Assembly: GCA_023262495.1 (NCBI GenBank)
Contig: JALRAS010000005.1
Location: 3,672 to 54,715, forward strand
Reading direction: 5' to 3'
DNA: 51,044 bases
Source: Bacteroidia bacterium
GTDB lineage: Bacteria; Bacteroidota; Bacteroidia; UBA4408
Part shown: in pieces, positions 34,944-44,949 of the stretch
Position numbering within the stretch: position 1 is the first letter of the stretch
Layout of the letters: each line of letters opens with the position of its first letter
Translations under genes and position numbers: made by a program
Notes under the pieces: generated by a model
The model's input: only the letters and a program-made list of their open reading frames with translations
Databases searched by the model: none
What the model was told of the DNA's origin: nothing

Positions 34944-35534
34944 ATGAACAAACTCATTAGATATTTATTACAAGGTATTTTATTTACCGTGCCTGTTGCG
35001 ATAACCGTATACGTTATTTTAACCATTACCCGATGGGTTGGTAATGGAGTAGATTTTTTAGGAATAGCCATACATCCATTAATTGATCCGCTATTGGGCC
35101 TCATCGGAGGAATAATTGTTTTAATTCTAATTGGAGCATTAGGCACTTCAATCTTTTTTTATCCGGTATTTAAGCGCATAGAACAGGTCATTGAAAAAAC
35201 CCCTTTTCTAAAAATTGTTTATACCTCTGTTAAAGATCTGCTCTCGGCTTTTGTTGGACAGAAAAAAAAATTCAACAAACCTGTTATTGTTAAAGTAAGC
35301 GAACACCCCTTAATGGAAAAATTAGGTTTTATCACGCAGCACTCCTTAAAAGATTTAGGCATTGAAGGAAAAAAAGTAGCTGTTTATTTTCCTTTGAGTT
35401 ACAGTCTTTCGGGCGATTTATTTATCATTCCTGAAGAAAATATCAAGCCGGTGAATGTGCCTGCCGCTGAGTTTATGAAGTTTATTATATCGGGCGGTGT
35501 AACCGAAATTGATGAGAACGCAGAACACGATTGA
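34944..35534 (+). CDS. DUF502-family membrane protein
   Basis: Two TM helices; P..K.VY.SVKD, LGFIT, VYFP.SY..SG and KFIISGGV motifs. Confidence 0.85.
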   Translation: MNKLIRYLLQGILFTVPVAITVYVILTITRWVGNGVDFLGIAIHPLIDPLLGLIGGIIVLILIGALGTSIFFYPVFKRIEQVIEKTPFLKIVYTSVKDLLSAFVGQKKKFNKPVIVKVSEHPLMEKLGFITQHSLKDLGIEGKKVAVYFPLSYSLSGDLFIIPEENIKPVNVPAAEFMKFIISGGVTEIDENAEHD

Positions 35535-35537
35535 TTA

Positions 35538-36029
35538 ATGAAAAATGTAAGCAAAATTTTGATGGTTTGTTTGGGCAACATTTGCCGTTCGCCCTTAGCG
35601 GAGGCAATTATGCGAGAAAAATTAAAGCAATTTAATCTCCCAATTGCTGTAGACTCTGCCGGAACATCTAACTATCATATTGGTGAAAATCCCGATAGCA
35701 GAAGCATTGCTAATGCTGCTAAAAATGGTATCGATATTAGTCAACTTAAAGCGCGTCAATTCAGCGCGCATGATTTTGATCAATTTGATTTGATTTATGT
35801 GATGGATGAGAGTAATTACAATAATGTAACAGCATTGGCTCGTGATGAAAATGATAGCAATAAAGTAAGAATAATCATGAATGAGCATGAAGCCCTTGGT
35901 TATACGCATGTGCCCGATCCCTATTTTGGTAAGGAAAAAGATTTTCAGTTGGTATTTGATTTGCTTGATAAAGTATGCGAAAAAATATGCCGAAATTTTC
36001 AGCAACAACTGACCAACATCAATCATTAG
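35538..36029 (+). CDS. Low-molecular-weight protein tyrosine phosphatase
   Basis: VCLGNICRSP, DSAGT and VPDPY motifs. Confidence 0.95.
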   Translation: MKNVSKILMVCLGNICRSPLAEAIMREKLKQFNLPIAVDSAGTSNYHIGENPDSRSIANAAKNGIDISQLKARQFSAHDFDQFDLIYVMDESNYNNVTALARDENDSNKVRIIMNEHEALGYTHVPDPYFGKEKDFQLVFDLLDKVCEKICRNFQQQLTNINH

Positions 36030-36032
36030 CAT

Positions 36033-37892
36033 ATGTGTGGTATAGCGGGCTATTTTTCTCCTTCCGGAAGATTTCACAAAGAACATCTTGAACAAGCAAC
36101 ATTAAGTTTACAACACCGAGGTCCCGATGCAGGAGGCACTTATTTCGAGAGTTGTGTGGGACTCGGACACCGTAGATTGAGCATCTTGGATTTATCAGAA
36201 GGTGCTAATCAGCCCATGATGAGTGGTAATAATCGCTTTGTAATTGCCTACAATGGAGAGGTTTTTAACTTCAAAGAAATTGCAGAAGAGATAAAAAAGT
36301 TCCGACCTGGTATTGTATTCAAAACAAGTTCCGATACCGAAATAATAATTGAGGCCTTTGCCCTTTGGCGTCAAAATATGGTAAATAAGCTCAACGGTAT
36401 GTTTGCCATTGCTATTTACGACAGAGATCATGATTCACTGCATATTTTCAGAGATAGATTGGGCATAAAGCCATTGTATTTTTATTGGGATGATCGTGAC
36501 TTTTTCTTTGCATCAGAGTTAAAAGCTTTTAAAGCGCTCAAAGGGGCAATCAATTTTGAATTAAACGAGCATGCCTTACCTTACTTTTTTCATTTAGGAT
36601 TTATTCCTGAGCCGCACAGTATTTATAAAAACATTTACAAATTCCCTGCTGCGTCTTATTTAAAACTCAACAAGCACGGATTTGAAATCAGCGACTATTG
36701 GTCGCCCGCGTCCAAGCTCACATCAGAGTTGATGACAGATGAAAAAAAATCAAAACAACAGCTCAAAGAACTACTGGTTTCTTCGGTTAACTACCGCATG
36801 ATTAGTGATGTGCCTTTTGGAACTTTTTTGAGTGGAGGAATTGACAGTAGTTTGGTTACTGCTGTGGCTCAAAGTATTTCAAATGTACCTGTTAAAACCT
36901 TCTCTATTGGCTTCGATCAAAAAGAACACAGCGAAGGTCATTATGCAGCCGCAGTAGCATCGTATCTTAAAACAGATCACCATGCATTTGATGTGAGTCA
37001 ACAAGATGCGATTGATTTAGTAGATAGTCTTGATCAGGTATATGATGAACCCTATGCAGATACCTCAGCCATACCAACTATGCTTGTGGCCAAACTTGCC
37101 CGAAGATATGTTACCATGACGCTGTCAGGCGATGGCGGTGACGAATTGTTTATGGGTTACGGTGCGCACAGATGGGCAGAACGCTTTTCAAATCCGCTCA
37201 TAGCAGGCCTCAGAAAACCCATACAAATGGCACTTAGCATGGGTAATAATCGTGCTAAAAGAGTTGCCCATCTTTTTGAAGCCTATGCTCGCGAAAACGT
37301 GCAAAGCAATATTTTTTCGCAGGAGCAAAATATGTTTTTTTCAAAAGAATTGAAACGAATACTTAATTTGAAAGGCATTGAAGATATTGCTTATATGCCC
37401 CTGATGCAAGAGCTTAAACGCAAGCTGTCTGCAAAAGAGGCGCAGGCACTATTCGATATGTATGTTTATTTAAAAGATGATTTATTGGTAAAAGTTGACC
37501 GCGCAACCATGCAGCATTCTCTCGAAACGCGCGTTCCATTGCTTGATTACAGAATTGTTGAGTTTGCGCTCAATCTCGATGAAAATTTAAAAATAAAAGG
37601 CAATGTGTCGAAGTACTTGTTGAAAGAGTTGTTATATGATTATGTGCCAAAAAGTTATTTCGACAGGCCTAAAAGAGGGTTTTCCATTCCTATGCACATT
37701 TGGCTTCGACATGATTTTAAGGCCTATGCCGAGAAGTATGTAACCAAAGAAATGTGCGAAAGATATGGCATAGTCAAGTGGGATTACGCGCAAAAAATAT
37801 ACAACCACTTCTACAAAGATAAACTCGATTTATATTACAATCGCCTGTGGCTCATCATCAGTATTCACAAATTTATGGAGCGCAACTTTTAA
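36033..37892 (+). CDS. asnB: Asparagine synthase (glutamine-hydrolysing) / glycan amidotransferase
   Basis: MCGIAG, HRGPD, GHRRLSILD, NGE, RDRLGIKPLY, LSGGIDSS and SGDGGDELF motifs. Confidence 0.93.
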   Translation: MCGIAGYFSPSGRFHKEHLEQATLSLQHRGPDAGGTYFESCVGLGHRRLSILDLSEGANQPMMSGNNRFVIAYNGEVFNFKEIAEEIKKFRPGIVFKTSSDTEIIIEAFALWRQNMVNKLNGMFAIAIYDRDHDSLHIFRDRLGIKPLYFYWDDRDFFFASELKAFKALKGAINFELNEHALPYFFHLGFIPEPHSIYKNIYKFPAASYLKLNKHGFEISDYWSPASKLTSELMTDEKKSKQQLKELLVSSVNYRMISDVPFGTFLSGGIDSSLVTAVAQSISNVPVKTFSIGFDQKEHSEGHYAAAVASYLKTDHHAFDVSQQDAIDLVDSLDQVYDEPYADTSAIPTMLVAKLARRYVTMTLSGDGGDELFMGYGAHRWAERFSNPLIAGLRKPIQMALSMGNNRAKRVAHLFEAYARENVQSNIFSQEQNMFFSKELKRILNLKGIEDIAYMPLMQELKRKLSAKEAQALFDMYVYLKDDLLVKVDRATMQHSLETRVPLLDYRIVEFALNLDENLKIKGNVSKYLLKELLYDYVPKSYFDRPKRGFSIPMHIWLRHDFKAYAEKYVTKEMCERYGIVKWDYAQKIYNHFYKDKLDLYYNRLWLIISIHKFMERNF

Positions 37893-37952
37893 ATATAATT
37901 TGAGTTTTTAAACATTTTAACGTAGGTTTGGAACAATAAAAAGATAAGTATT

Positions 37953-38873
37953 ATGCAGATTTCAGTTGTCATACCTGTTTATAATGAATCAGCTTTGATT
38001 GATGAGTTGTACGAGGCGGTGATGTCGGCAATGAAAAAGTTTACCGATGATTTTGAAGTGATATGTGTGAATGATGGGAGCAAGGATAACACGCTTGAAA
38101 AATTATTTCATTGCCACCAAAAAGATAAACGCTTTAAGGTACTGAATCTCTCCAGAAATTTTGGTCATCAGAGTGCCTACACTGCCGGATTGAACTACGC
38201 CAAAGGGGATTTTGTAGCGATGATGGATGGCGATTTACAGGATCCGCCAGAGTTGATTGAAGCCATGTACAAATGTGCCATTGAAAATAATTCAGATGTG
38301 GTTTATGGCCGAAGAACCGAACGCAAAGAAACATTCTTTAAGAAATTCTCAATTAAGCTATTTCATTTTATTTTTAATAAGCTAAGCAATATCAATGCAC
38401 CTGCCAATGTGGGAAATTTTAGTGTGATGAATAGGAAGGCGCTACAAGCTTTTCTTGCCCTTGAAGAAAAAAACAGATATCTACCGGGCTTACGCTTTTT
38501 CATTGGTTTTAAGCAAGATTATGTAGACTATAGTCGTGATGATAGAACGATTGGTGAAGCAAAAATGAACTTTAGCAGACTGCTTAAATTGGCACTCGAT
38601 GCGATTTTCTCTTTTTCTAAATTACCCATTAAAATTTGCCTCTATCTTGGAATCATAGGAATAATTTTTACCTTGATAGGAGGGATGGTAGTGATATATA
38701 AAAAGCTAACCGGTGAGGCAATTACAGGTTGGACATCCATACTTGTCAGTTTATACTTTTTAGGTAGTGTGCAATTGCTTTTTATGGGTATCATTGGCGA
38801 ATATGTGCATCGTATTTTTGTGGAAACACAAAACCGACCGGTATATATCGTTAAAGATTTCTTCGAGGACTAA
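37953..38873 (+). CDS. GT2 polyprenol-phosphate glycosyltransferase (GtrB/DPM-like)
   Basis: VIPVYNE, NDGSKD, LSRNFGHQ and MDGDLQDPP motifs, two C-terminal TMs, and GIIGEY...RP.YIV. TAGGTTTG promoter box at 37923-37930. Confidence 0.92.
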   Translation: MQISVVIPVYNESALIDELYEAVMSAMKKFTDDFEVICVNDGSKDNTLEKLFHCHQKDKRFKVLNLSRNFGHQSAYTAGLNYAKGDFVAMMDGDLQDPPELIEAMYKCAIENNSDVVYGRRTERKETFFKKFSIKLFHFIFNKLSNINAPANVGNFSVMNRKALQAFLALEEKNRYLPGLRFFIGFKQDYVDYSRDDRTIGEAKMNFSRLLKLALDAIFSFSKLPIKICLYLGIIGIIFTLIGGMVVIYKKLTGEAITGWTSILVSLYFLGSVQLLFMGIIGEYVHRIFVETQNRPVYIVKDFFED

Positions 38874-38875
38874 TC

Positions 38876-40381
38876 ATGTTGAAACAACTAAAAGCGGTCA
38901 TCAAGCGTAACCCTTCTGCTTTCAGAATTGTTGCTTTTGGTTTTTTATTGCGACTACTTTTTACCTACGTTATTGCTCCATTTTATTTCAACCGCGAAAA
39001 TATTTATCTAGATGGTGATACCACCTCTTGGATGGCCGGATTGTATCACATGGTATACAAAGGCGAATTCACCATGATGATTGACCGTGAAATGGCTTAT
39101 TATTGCCGTATGCCGGGCTATTCATTTTTTCTTGCGCCAGCTTTTTTCATGGTTTCTCTTTACCTCAAGTTATTTGTAAGCGAGGCAGCTTCCATTCAAC
39201 CCGAAATGTGGTATCCCGTATTAAAAATTACTGCAATTTTTCAAATGATTATCGATAGTATCAGTATTTATTTGATGTATTATGTGGTATTAAAAACGTT
39301 AAAAAGTTACCAAGCAGCTATTGTAGCAGCGCTATTGTACGCCTCTTATCCGTTCATCATTGTTTGGAATCCGGTGTGCTATTCAGAGGTGCCTTCGGTA
39401 TTTTTTAGTTTGCTGGCTATGGCAATTTTTCTAAGAAGTGAGCAAAAAATTTGGCTCGCTTTTGCTGGATTCTGCCTTGGTTTTGCTGTTTTAAACCGAC
39501 CGCAGTATGCCTTGCTTGCTCCACTTATGTGTATCATCTTTTATCAAAAGTATCAATCTTCATTGTTCCGAAATTTAAGCAAGATTGTGGTGTTTTTTGC
39601 TTTTTTTACCATCACTTATGGTGCATGGCCGCTTCGAAATTATGTCCGATTCAATAAAATTGTTCTTACCCAAGACCTCCGTGGTTACGATTGCTGGAAT
39701 GATGATGTAATTGCATTTATGCAATACATTTACAGCGTAAAATCAGAATGGAATCCGCAGTTTACGCAAATCATTCAAAACAAAACAGTTGTTTTTCCGA
39801 AAGAGTCATACCGCACAGTTGAGGACTCTTTATTGTTAGAAAAGGCAGTGTACATGGCTAAAAATTGTGGCCGTGGCTTTAGCGAGTGGGATGGATATTG
39901 GAAAAAAACAATTCCTATATTTGATATCACGGGTGATTGCTCATCAGAAATCGCATCTATTTTTAATCACTTACGAAAAAATCAAATCAAACATCATCCA
40001 TACAACTTTTATGTAAAATTACCCTTGTGTAACTTAAACAAAGCGATCTTCAAATCAGGTCTCGCGGGTGAAGTAACTATGGCAAGAAGACTTGGTGAAA
40101 ATTTGTTTTATTACCGCAGCTTGCTCATTCTTTTAGGATTAGCAGGTATTTTCATGATGTTGTTTAAGCAAGAAACAAGACCGATTGCTGCATTTGTAGG
40201 TTTATTTTTTGTTATGCTATACGGGTACCTATGCTTTGGAACAAGTCCTCAATGCCGCAATATCGAGATCAGATATTTTTTACAGGCCGATATATTGTTG
40301 CTCATTCCTGCCGCATTTTTATTGGCTCGTTTATCTTTCGTAAATAGTTTTACGGCAAGATTTTTTCCTGAAAAACGATAA
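38876..40381 (+). CDS. GT-C fold membrane glycosyltransferase (ArnT/PMT-like)
   Basis: Polytopic; GD...Y/W loop and RMPGY, SE, LNRP, W.LRNY and RY motifs; 2-nt gap after the GT2 gene. Confidence 0.7.
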   Translation: MLKQLKAVIKRNPSAFRIVAFGFLLRLLFTYVIAPFYFNRENIYLDGDTTSWMAGLYHMVYKGEFTMMIDREMAYYCRMPGYSFFLAPAFFMVSLYLKLFVSEAASIQPEMWYPVLKITAIFQMIIDSISIYLMYYVVLKTLKSYQAAIVAALLYASYPFIIVWNPVCYSEVPSVFFSLLAMAIFLRSEQKIWLAFAGFCLGFAVLNRPQYALLAPLMCIIFYQKYQSSLFRNLSKIVVFFAFFTITYGAWPLRNYVRFNKIVLTQDLRGYDCWNDDVIAFMQYIYSVKSEWNPQFTQIIQNKTVVFPKESYRTVEDSLLLEKAVYMAKNCGRGFSEWDGYWKKTIPIFDITGDCSSEIASIFNHLRKNQIKHHPYNFYVKLPLCNLNKAIFKSGLAGEVTMARRLGENLFYYRSLLILLGLAGIFMMLFKQETRPIAAFVGLFFVMLYGYLCFGTSPQCRNIEIRYFLQADILLLIPAAFLLARLSFVNSFTARFFPEKR

Positions 40382-40384
40382 TAT

Positions 40385-41215
40385 CTATTCTTGAATTTTA
40401 GATATGGGACTCGCAAGTCCTCTGTAATCTTTGAGGTCCATCTTTACAGAACCAACAAGTATATTTGCCTGCGCTCTGATAGGAATTTTGTTTTCATCAT
40501 CAGATATCCATACATTCAAGTCCTCTTCATCCTTAAAAATTCTACCTTTTTGTATCACCGGTCTAAACTTGATACACTTAAACTTTCCTAATGAAGTAGT
40601 GATGGTTTCTTTTCCTACATACTTTATTTTCATCGGAAATAACTCTTCATCAACAAAACTATTGATGGTATAAATATTGCCTGGCTTGGCATTACTAAAA
40701 TCAATACAACGAGCAAAATAAAAGGAGGAGATCATATCTTGTAAATCTCTTTTATCTTTGGGAACATCATAGGTTTTACCTTCACTGATCACTTGATTGG
40801 TGTGGTGGTTATACACATAGTTTTGATTGATTTTATAACCGCCTTCATCCACTCTTCTGATGAATGCCATTGGCAATAATGCCTCCCTATCAATATAGGA
40901 TTCGTAGCGGTCGCGAACCTTAAAAAACCAATCGAAAGCGCCAATACTTTTACCAATTCCAACCACATGGTAAGTTGGTCGGCCTCCAAATTCACGTTCT
41001 TCATTGGTTACCTCTAAAGTAGCAATTCCAGCATCAATGGCACCATAGTGCAAACGATAGGTAAGTAATTCCCCTGTTTTAAAGGCCTTATTTTTTTTGG
41101 GTGAAAAAGGATCGGGATTTATATGGCTATTTGTTTGTGCATTAAAGCCACTTGAAGCGAGTAAAATGAGTGCAAATACACATAAAGCGAATTTAACATC
41201 AAGCAAGGTTTTCAT
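40385..41215 (-). CDS. DUF3108-family secreted protein
   Basis: AFK.GE.L.Y..HYG...AG, FFKVRD.YESY and W.SDD.NKIP motifs. Confidence 0.85.
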   Translation of the reverse strand: MKTLLDVKFALCVFALILLASSGFNAQTNSHINPDPFSPKKNKAFKTGELLTYRLHYGAIDAGIATLEVTNEEREFGGRPTYHVVGIGKSIGAFDWFFKVRDRYESYIDREALLPMAFIRRVDEGGYKINQNYVYNHHTNQVISEGKTYDVPKDKRDLQDMISSFYFARCIDFSNAKPGNIYTINSFVDEELFPMKIKYVGKETITTSLGKFKCIKFRPVIQKGRIFKDEEDLNVWISDDENKIPIRAQANILVGSVKMDLKDYRGLASPISKIQE

Positions 41216-41337
41216 AAAAAAGAATTTCTATTTAATGGATACCAATCAAACGCTGTTCCAAAAAATTCAACTGTTAAAAATACTTATAGAGCAATGGTCA
41301 ATGTGAAAACAAAAGACCAATATTTTAATAATCGGCA

Positions 41338-43248
41338 TTATCTCAAGAGGTTTTGATAAAAAGCAGCTTTTTCAGGTTCTTTCATATTCATATAGGTAAC
41401 AGCCAAAAAATTAATGGCCTTCTTGTTGCTTGGATCCAACTCATACGCCTTGGTGAACCATACAATAGCTTCACTATAATTGCCTGAGGCCCCGTAGCAA
41501 CTACCAAGATTTATCATAGCATCAATGAAGCGAGGATTTAAGTCAATCGATTTTTTAAAAATATCAATGGCTTCCACGAATCTTCCTTTATTGAAATAAT
41601 AGGCACCTAAATTACTTAATGCAACACTATTGGAAGGGTTATACTGAAGTCCTTTTTGAAAATAAACCGCAGCACTATCCATCAAGTTGAGCTTATAAAA
41701 CCCAACACCAATTTGTGTCCAACCATCAGAGTATTCGGGAAAAATTGATACGGCTTTTTTTACCTCTTCAATCCCTTTCAACAGGAATGCCTTTCGTTTA
41801 ACTGAATCTTTTTCCTCTTCCCCAATTTTTTTTATGAGTTCGTTGCCTAAATAGTAGTGTGTTTTGGCACTTTGTGGATTCAGATCAACGTCATGTGTGT
41901 AGAGTGTAAGATTATCTTTCCAATCCATGTTTCTGCTGATTGTTTTTATGCTGTACAGTAACAAAATTAAGGCAATCACATAGGAAAACTGTTTCCTTTT
42001 TTCATCACTCGACCATTTGCTAAGGTCGGCAACATTTAACTTAAAGAGTAATGCCATTAAGTAGGAGAGGCCTAAACAAAAACCCATAGAAGCCAAGAAT
42101 GTAAAACGTTCTGCTTTAGCAGCACCAATGGTAATAAACAAATTAGAATATAATGAAAGTCCTGCAAAAATGAATAGTAATGAGAACGATAAAACAGGAT
42201 GTTTTTTGTAGGTGATAAATACAAGCATGAGTGCAGTGAACACAATTAAAATTCCTATCAATATACTCAGGTTCATTCCGCTCTCCAATGGTATTGAGTT
42301 GTATGAATAATCGTATATAAGCGGATGAGGTAATACAAATAATTGGAAATAATCACCAAGCACTTGCATGCTTCCTGCTAGTTTAAGAAAAAAATTAGCT
42401 TGTGTGCCAATTGGGTTATCAATTGTTGTAACGCTTTGCAGACCTGCAAACGAGCCAAGAATTCCTTTTCTTAACAACATATAAAGTGCCAATGGAAGCA
42501 ACATGGCTGCCGCAGCGCCCGTATATTTTGTCGATGCATCTCTTCTAAAATAAAATAGCATAAGCCCCATAATTGGAATTACCAGAATAGCTGACTCCTT
42601 GGCCAGAAAGGCAATAAAGATGCTTAACGCACCGGCAATAAGTGATAATATTTTACCCGTATCAACATACTTGAGCACTTGGTAAATACTTATGAATGAA
42701 AACAGGAAACAGAGTAATTCATCTCTACTTTTGATATTGCCTGCAACCTCTGTATGTATGGGATGAGCCATAAATAATAACACCGCAGCTATTAACACAT
42801 TTTCATTGAGATGAGGGAGTAAACGTAATAATGTTTTCAGTAGGATAAAACCACAACAGATGTATACCAAAATATTCATTAAATGACCAAGGAAAGGATT
42901 GTCGGGCGAAAGCGACCACTCAATGGCAAACATGACCAAAGATAGTGGGCGGTATAATCCGTCATTCACATTGAGATAACCGGTTCTATAGCTGGTTTTA
43001 AAAATCATCCCAATGTTTTTTGCTCCTTGATTCACAATGTTGTTTTCCTTGATAACCGAAAAATCATCAAGTACATAGCCATTTGAAAGCGTGTTGCCGT
43101 ATGTTATAAGTGCAAGTAAAGTAATCAACAGATAAAAAGGCATAATGCTTTTTTGCACGCTCGAAGCAGGTTTTGGCGCAGCTTTGGCTTGTTCGTGCGA
43201 CTGCTGAAATTTTTCTCGCTTGGTTGGTTTTTTTTTCGGCTGTTGCAT
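41338..43248 (-). CDS. TMTC-like GT-C membrane protein with C-terminal TPRs (putative protein O-glycosyltransferase)
   Basis: Y.NTL.N.YVLDD...I..N, YRPL, HP.HTE.., KE, DYS, AERF and RN.DW motifs, followed by TPR repeats. Confidence 0.85.
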   Translation of the reverse strand: MQQPKKKPTKREKFQQSHEQAKAAPKPASSVQKSIMPFYLLITLLALITYGNTLSNGYVLDDFSVIKENNIVNQGAKNIGMIFKTSYRTGYLNVNDGLYRPLSLVMFAIEWSLSPDNPFLGHLMNILVYICCGFILLKTLLRLLPHLNENVLIAAVLLFMAHPIHTEVAGNIKSRDELLCFLFSFISIYQVLKYVDTGKILSLIAGALSIFIAFLAKESAILVIPIMGLMLFYFRRDASTKYTGAAAAMLLPLALYMLLRKGILGSFAGLQSVTTIDNPIGTQANFFLKLAGSMQVLGDYFQLFVLPHPLIYDYSYNSIPLESGMNLSILIGILIVFTALMLVFITYKKHPVLSFSLLFIFAGLSLYSNLFITIGAAKAERFTFLASMGFCLGLSYLMALLFKLNVADLSKWSSDEKRKQFSYVIALILLLYSIKTISRNMDWKDNLTLYTHDVDLNPQSAKTHYYLGNELIKKIGEEEKDSVKRKAFLLKGIEEVKKAVSIFPEYSDGWTQIGVGFYKLNLMDSAAVYFQKGLQYNPSNSVALSNLGAYYFNKGRFVEAIDIFKKSIDLNPRFIDAMINLGSCYGASGNYSEAIVWFTKAYELDPSNKKAINFLAVTYMNMKEPEKAAFYQNLLR

Positions 43249-43313
43249 AAATATTTTTTCTTTTACTTAAATAGCAGTGGCTGCTAATTAATAAATTCAA
43301 GTGTTGAAGTCAA

Positions 43314-43802
43314 TTACTTCATGTTCACAAACTGCAATGGAATCTCGAAGTTAGCAGTCCTGATGGCGGCAATAACGGCTTTCAACTCATCAATCTTTTT
43401 TCCTGAAACACGAACCTGTTCATCCATGATTTGCGCCTCTACTTTCAGTTTCATGTCCTTTACATGCTTCACAATTTTCTTTGCTGTTTCTTTATCAATC
43501 CCTTGTTTAATTTTGATATCTTTCTTAAGCATATTGCCCGATGCATATTGTTCCTTTCCAAAATCTAAGGCAAGGGGATTCAAACCTTGTTTGATCATCC
43601 TATTTCTAATAGTGTCTTCAATGGCCTCAATCCTCATTTCACTTTCAGTCAGTATATGCACAATTAGCAACTTTTTATCTAATTCAATACTGCTGCCAGA
43701 ACCTTTGAAATCATATCTAGAAGTGATGTCTTTTCGAGCTACATTAATAGCATTGTCTAGTGTTTGAATGTCAATTTTGTTAACGATGTCAAATGATGGC
43801 AT
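43314..43802 (-). CDS. yajQ: YajQ-family nucleotide/c-di-GMP-binding protein
   Basis: MPSFDIV, NA.N, RYDFKGS, QVRVSGKKIDEL and PLQF.N motifs. Confidence 0.95.
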   Translation of the reverse strand: MPSFDIVNKIDIQTLDNAINVARKDITSRYDFKGSGSSIELDKKLLIVHILTESEMRIEAIEDTIRNRMIKQGLNPLALDFGKEQYASGNMLKKDIKIKQGIDKETAKKIVKHVKDMKLKVEAQIMDEQVRVSGKKIDELKAVIAAIRTANFEIPLQFVNMK

Positions 43803-43811
43803 AGGGAGTAT

Positions 43812-44825
43812 TTATGGTCTAATTTTTTTGAATTTTTCGGGTCTTAAAATTGGGTTAATCATTTTAAACCACAAAGGTGGCATAAGGGCAACATAAAACA
43901 TTCCATAATAGCCCGAGGGTAATGAGTAACCTTGATGATGTTGAAGCACTTGATATGGCTTTGAAGCTCTCAGGTGATGATCGGCATGTCGTGATAACTC
44001 CACAAGTCCGTATCGGCTGGTAATTTTATTACTCTGCCATGCATGGTGTGTACTAAATTTTTCAGAAAGATCTCTGCTCAATCCATAATGCTCAATGTAG
44101 TTCACATATTCCAATAAAAAAATAGCCATGGCAGCGTATGCCAAGTATACAGCTAAAACCCCAATCCCAAATATGATGGTGATCAGAGCCAAAATCAACA
44201 ACTCGATGAGGGAACTTAAGGTTACAAAATTAAAAAAATGACTTCCACTATGATGGTAGATGCGTCTTCTTTCTGAATAGAAGGCACTCATAAATTGACC
44301 CGGAATGGTACGAAAGATAAAACTATATAAATTTTCTCCATAACGAGCAGTGGCAGGGTCGCCCTCGGTACAAACATATTTGTGGTGCCCCTTAATATGT
44401 TCGATATAAAAGTGAGCATAATTAACCTGGAATAAATTAAATATGCCCAATGCCCTCAACAAAGCAGATTTACGGTGTATAAGTTCGTGCGCCACAACAA
44501 TTCCGTTTGTTCCGGCATGAATGCCAGATGACAAAACCGCTGCAACCAAAAATATCCCTGTAAGGCGCTCACTGATGACCCCATTGAGCAAGGTGAAGGT
44601 AACACTAAAATGCAGCGCGCTCAATAGGATAAGAATGATGGTAGGCAGCACATCGCCTTCTTTAGTATCATTTGAATCAGTTGCATCGGGTAAAAACCAC
44701 TCCAAAACAGGTAACAATAACATTGAATAAATGATGTTCAAGGCGGCTGACCAACCTCCGTATATATTGCCAATCAAGCAGAGTATAGCAGGAATACAGG
44801 CAAATAAGTATCTTAATGAAAACAT
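43812..44825 (-). CDS. alkB: Alkane 1-monooxygenase-like membrane di-iron hydroxylase
   Basis: His boxes HELIH, EHIKGHH, NYIEHYG and LSRHADHH, plus DPATAR and LPSGY. ATG 44825 preferred over 44900. Confidence 0.8.
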   Translation of the reverse strand: MFSLRYLFACIPAILCLIGNIYGGWSAALNIIYSMLLLPVLEWFLPDATDSNDTKEGDVLPTIILILLSALHFSVTFTLLNGVISERLTGIFLVAAVLSSGIHAGTNGIVVAHELIHRKSALLRALGIFNLFQVNYAHFYIEHIKGHHKYVCTEGDPATARYGENLYSFIFRTIPGQFMSAFYSERRRIYHHSGSHFFNFVTLSSLIELLILALITIIFGIGVLAVYLAYAAMAIFLLEYVNYIEHYGLSRDLSEKFSTHHAWQSNKITSRYGLVELSRHADHHLRASKPYQVLQHHQGYSLPSGYYGMFYVALMPPLWFKMINPILRPEKFKKIRP

Positions 44826-44913
44826 AAAAGGTGTTTTTACTCCATTCAAATATATTAATTTAAATAAAAACAAGCGTATTTGGTGATTAAAATAAACCAA
44901 TTATGATTGGAAA

Positions 44914-44935
44914 TTGACTACAGTGCTGTAGTCAA
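44914..44935 (-). terminator. Hairpin between the methyltransferase and alkB-like genes
   Basis: TTGACTACAG-TG-CTGTAGTCAA inverted repeat; only a short T run follows on the minus strand. Confidence 0.4.
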
Positions 44936-44949
44936 AGCGAACAAAAAAA

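Noticed and set aside
35622-36095. 157-aa minus-strand ORF and the other short ORFs nested in or antisense to long genes
   Set aside because: They lie opposite or within well-supported genes and have no recognisable motifs.
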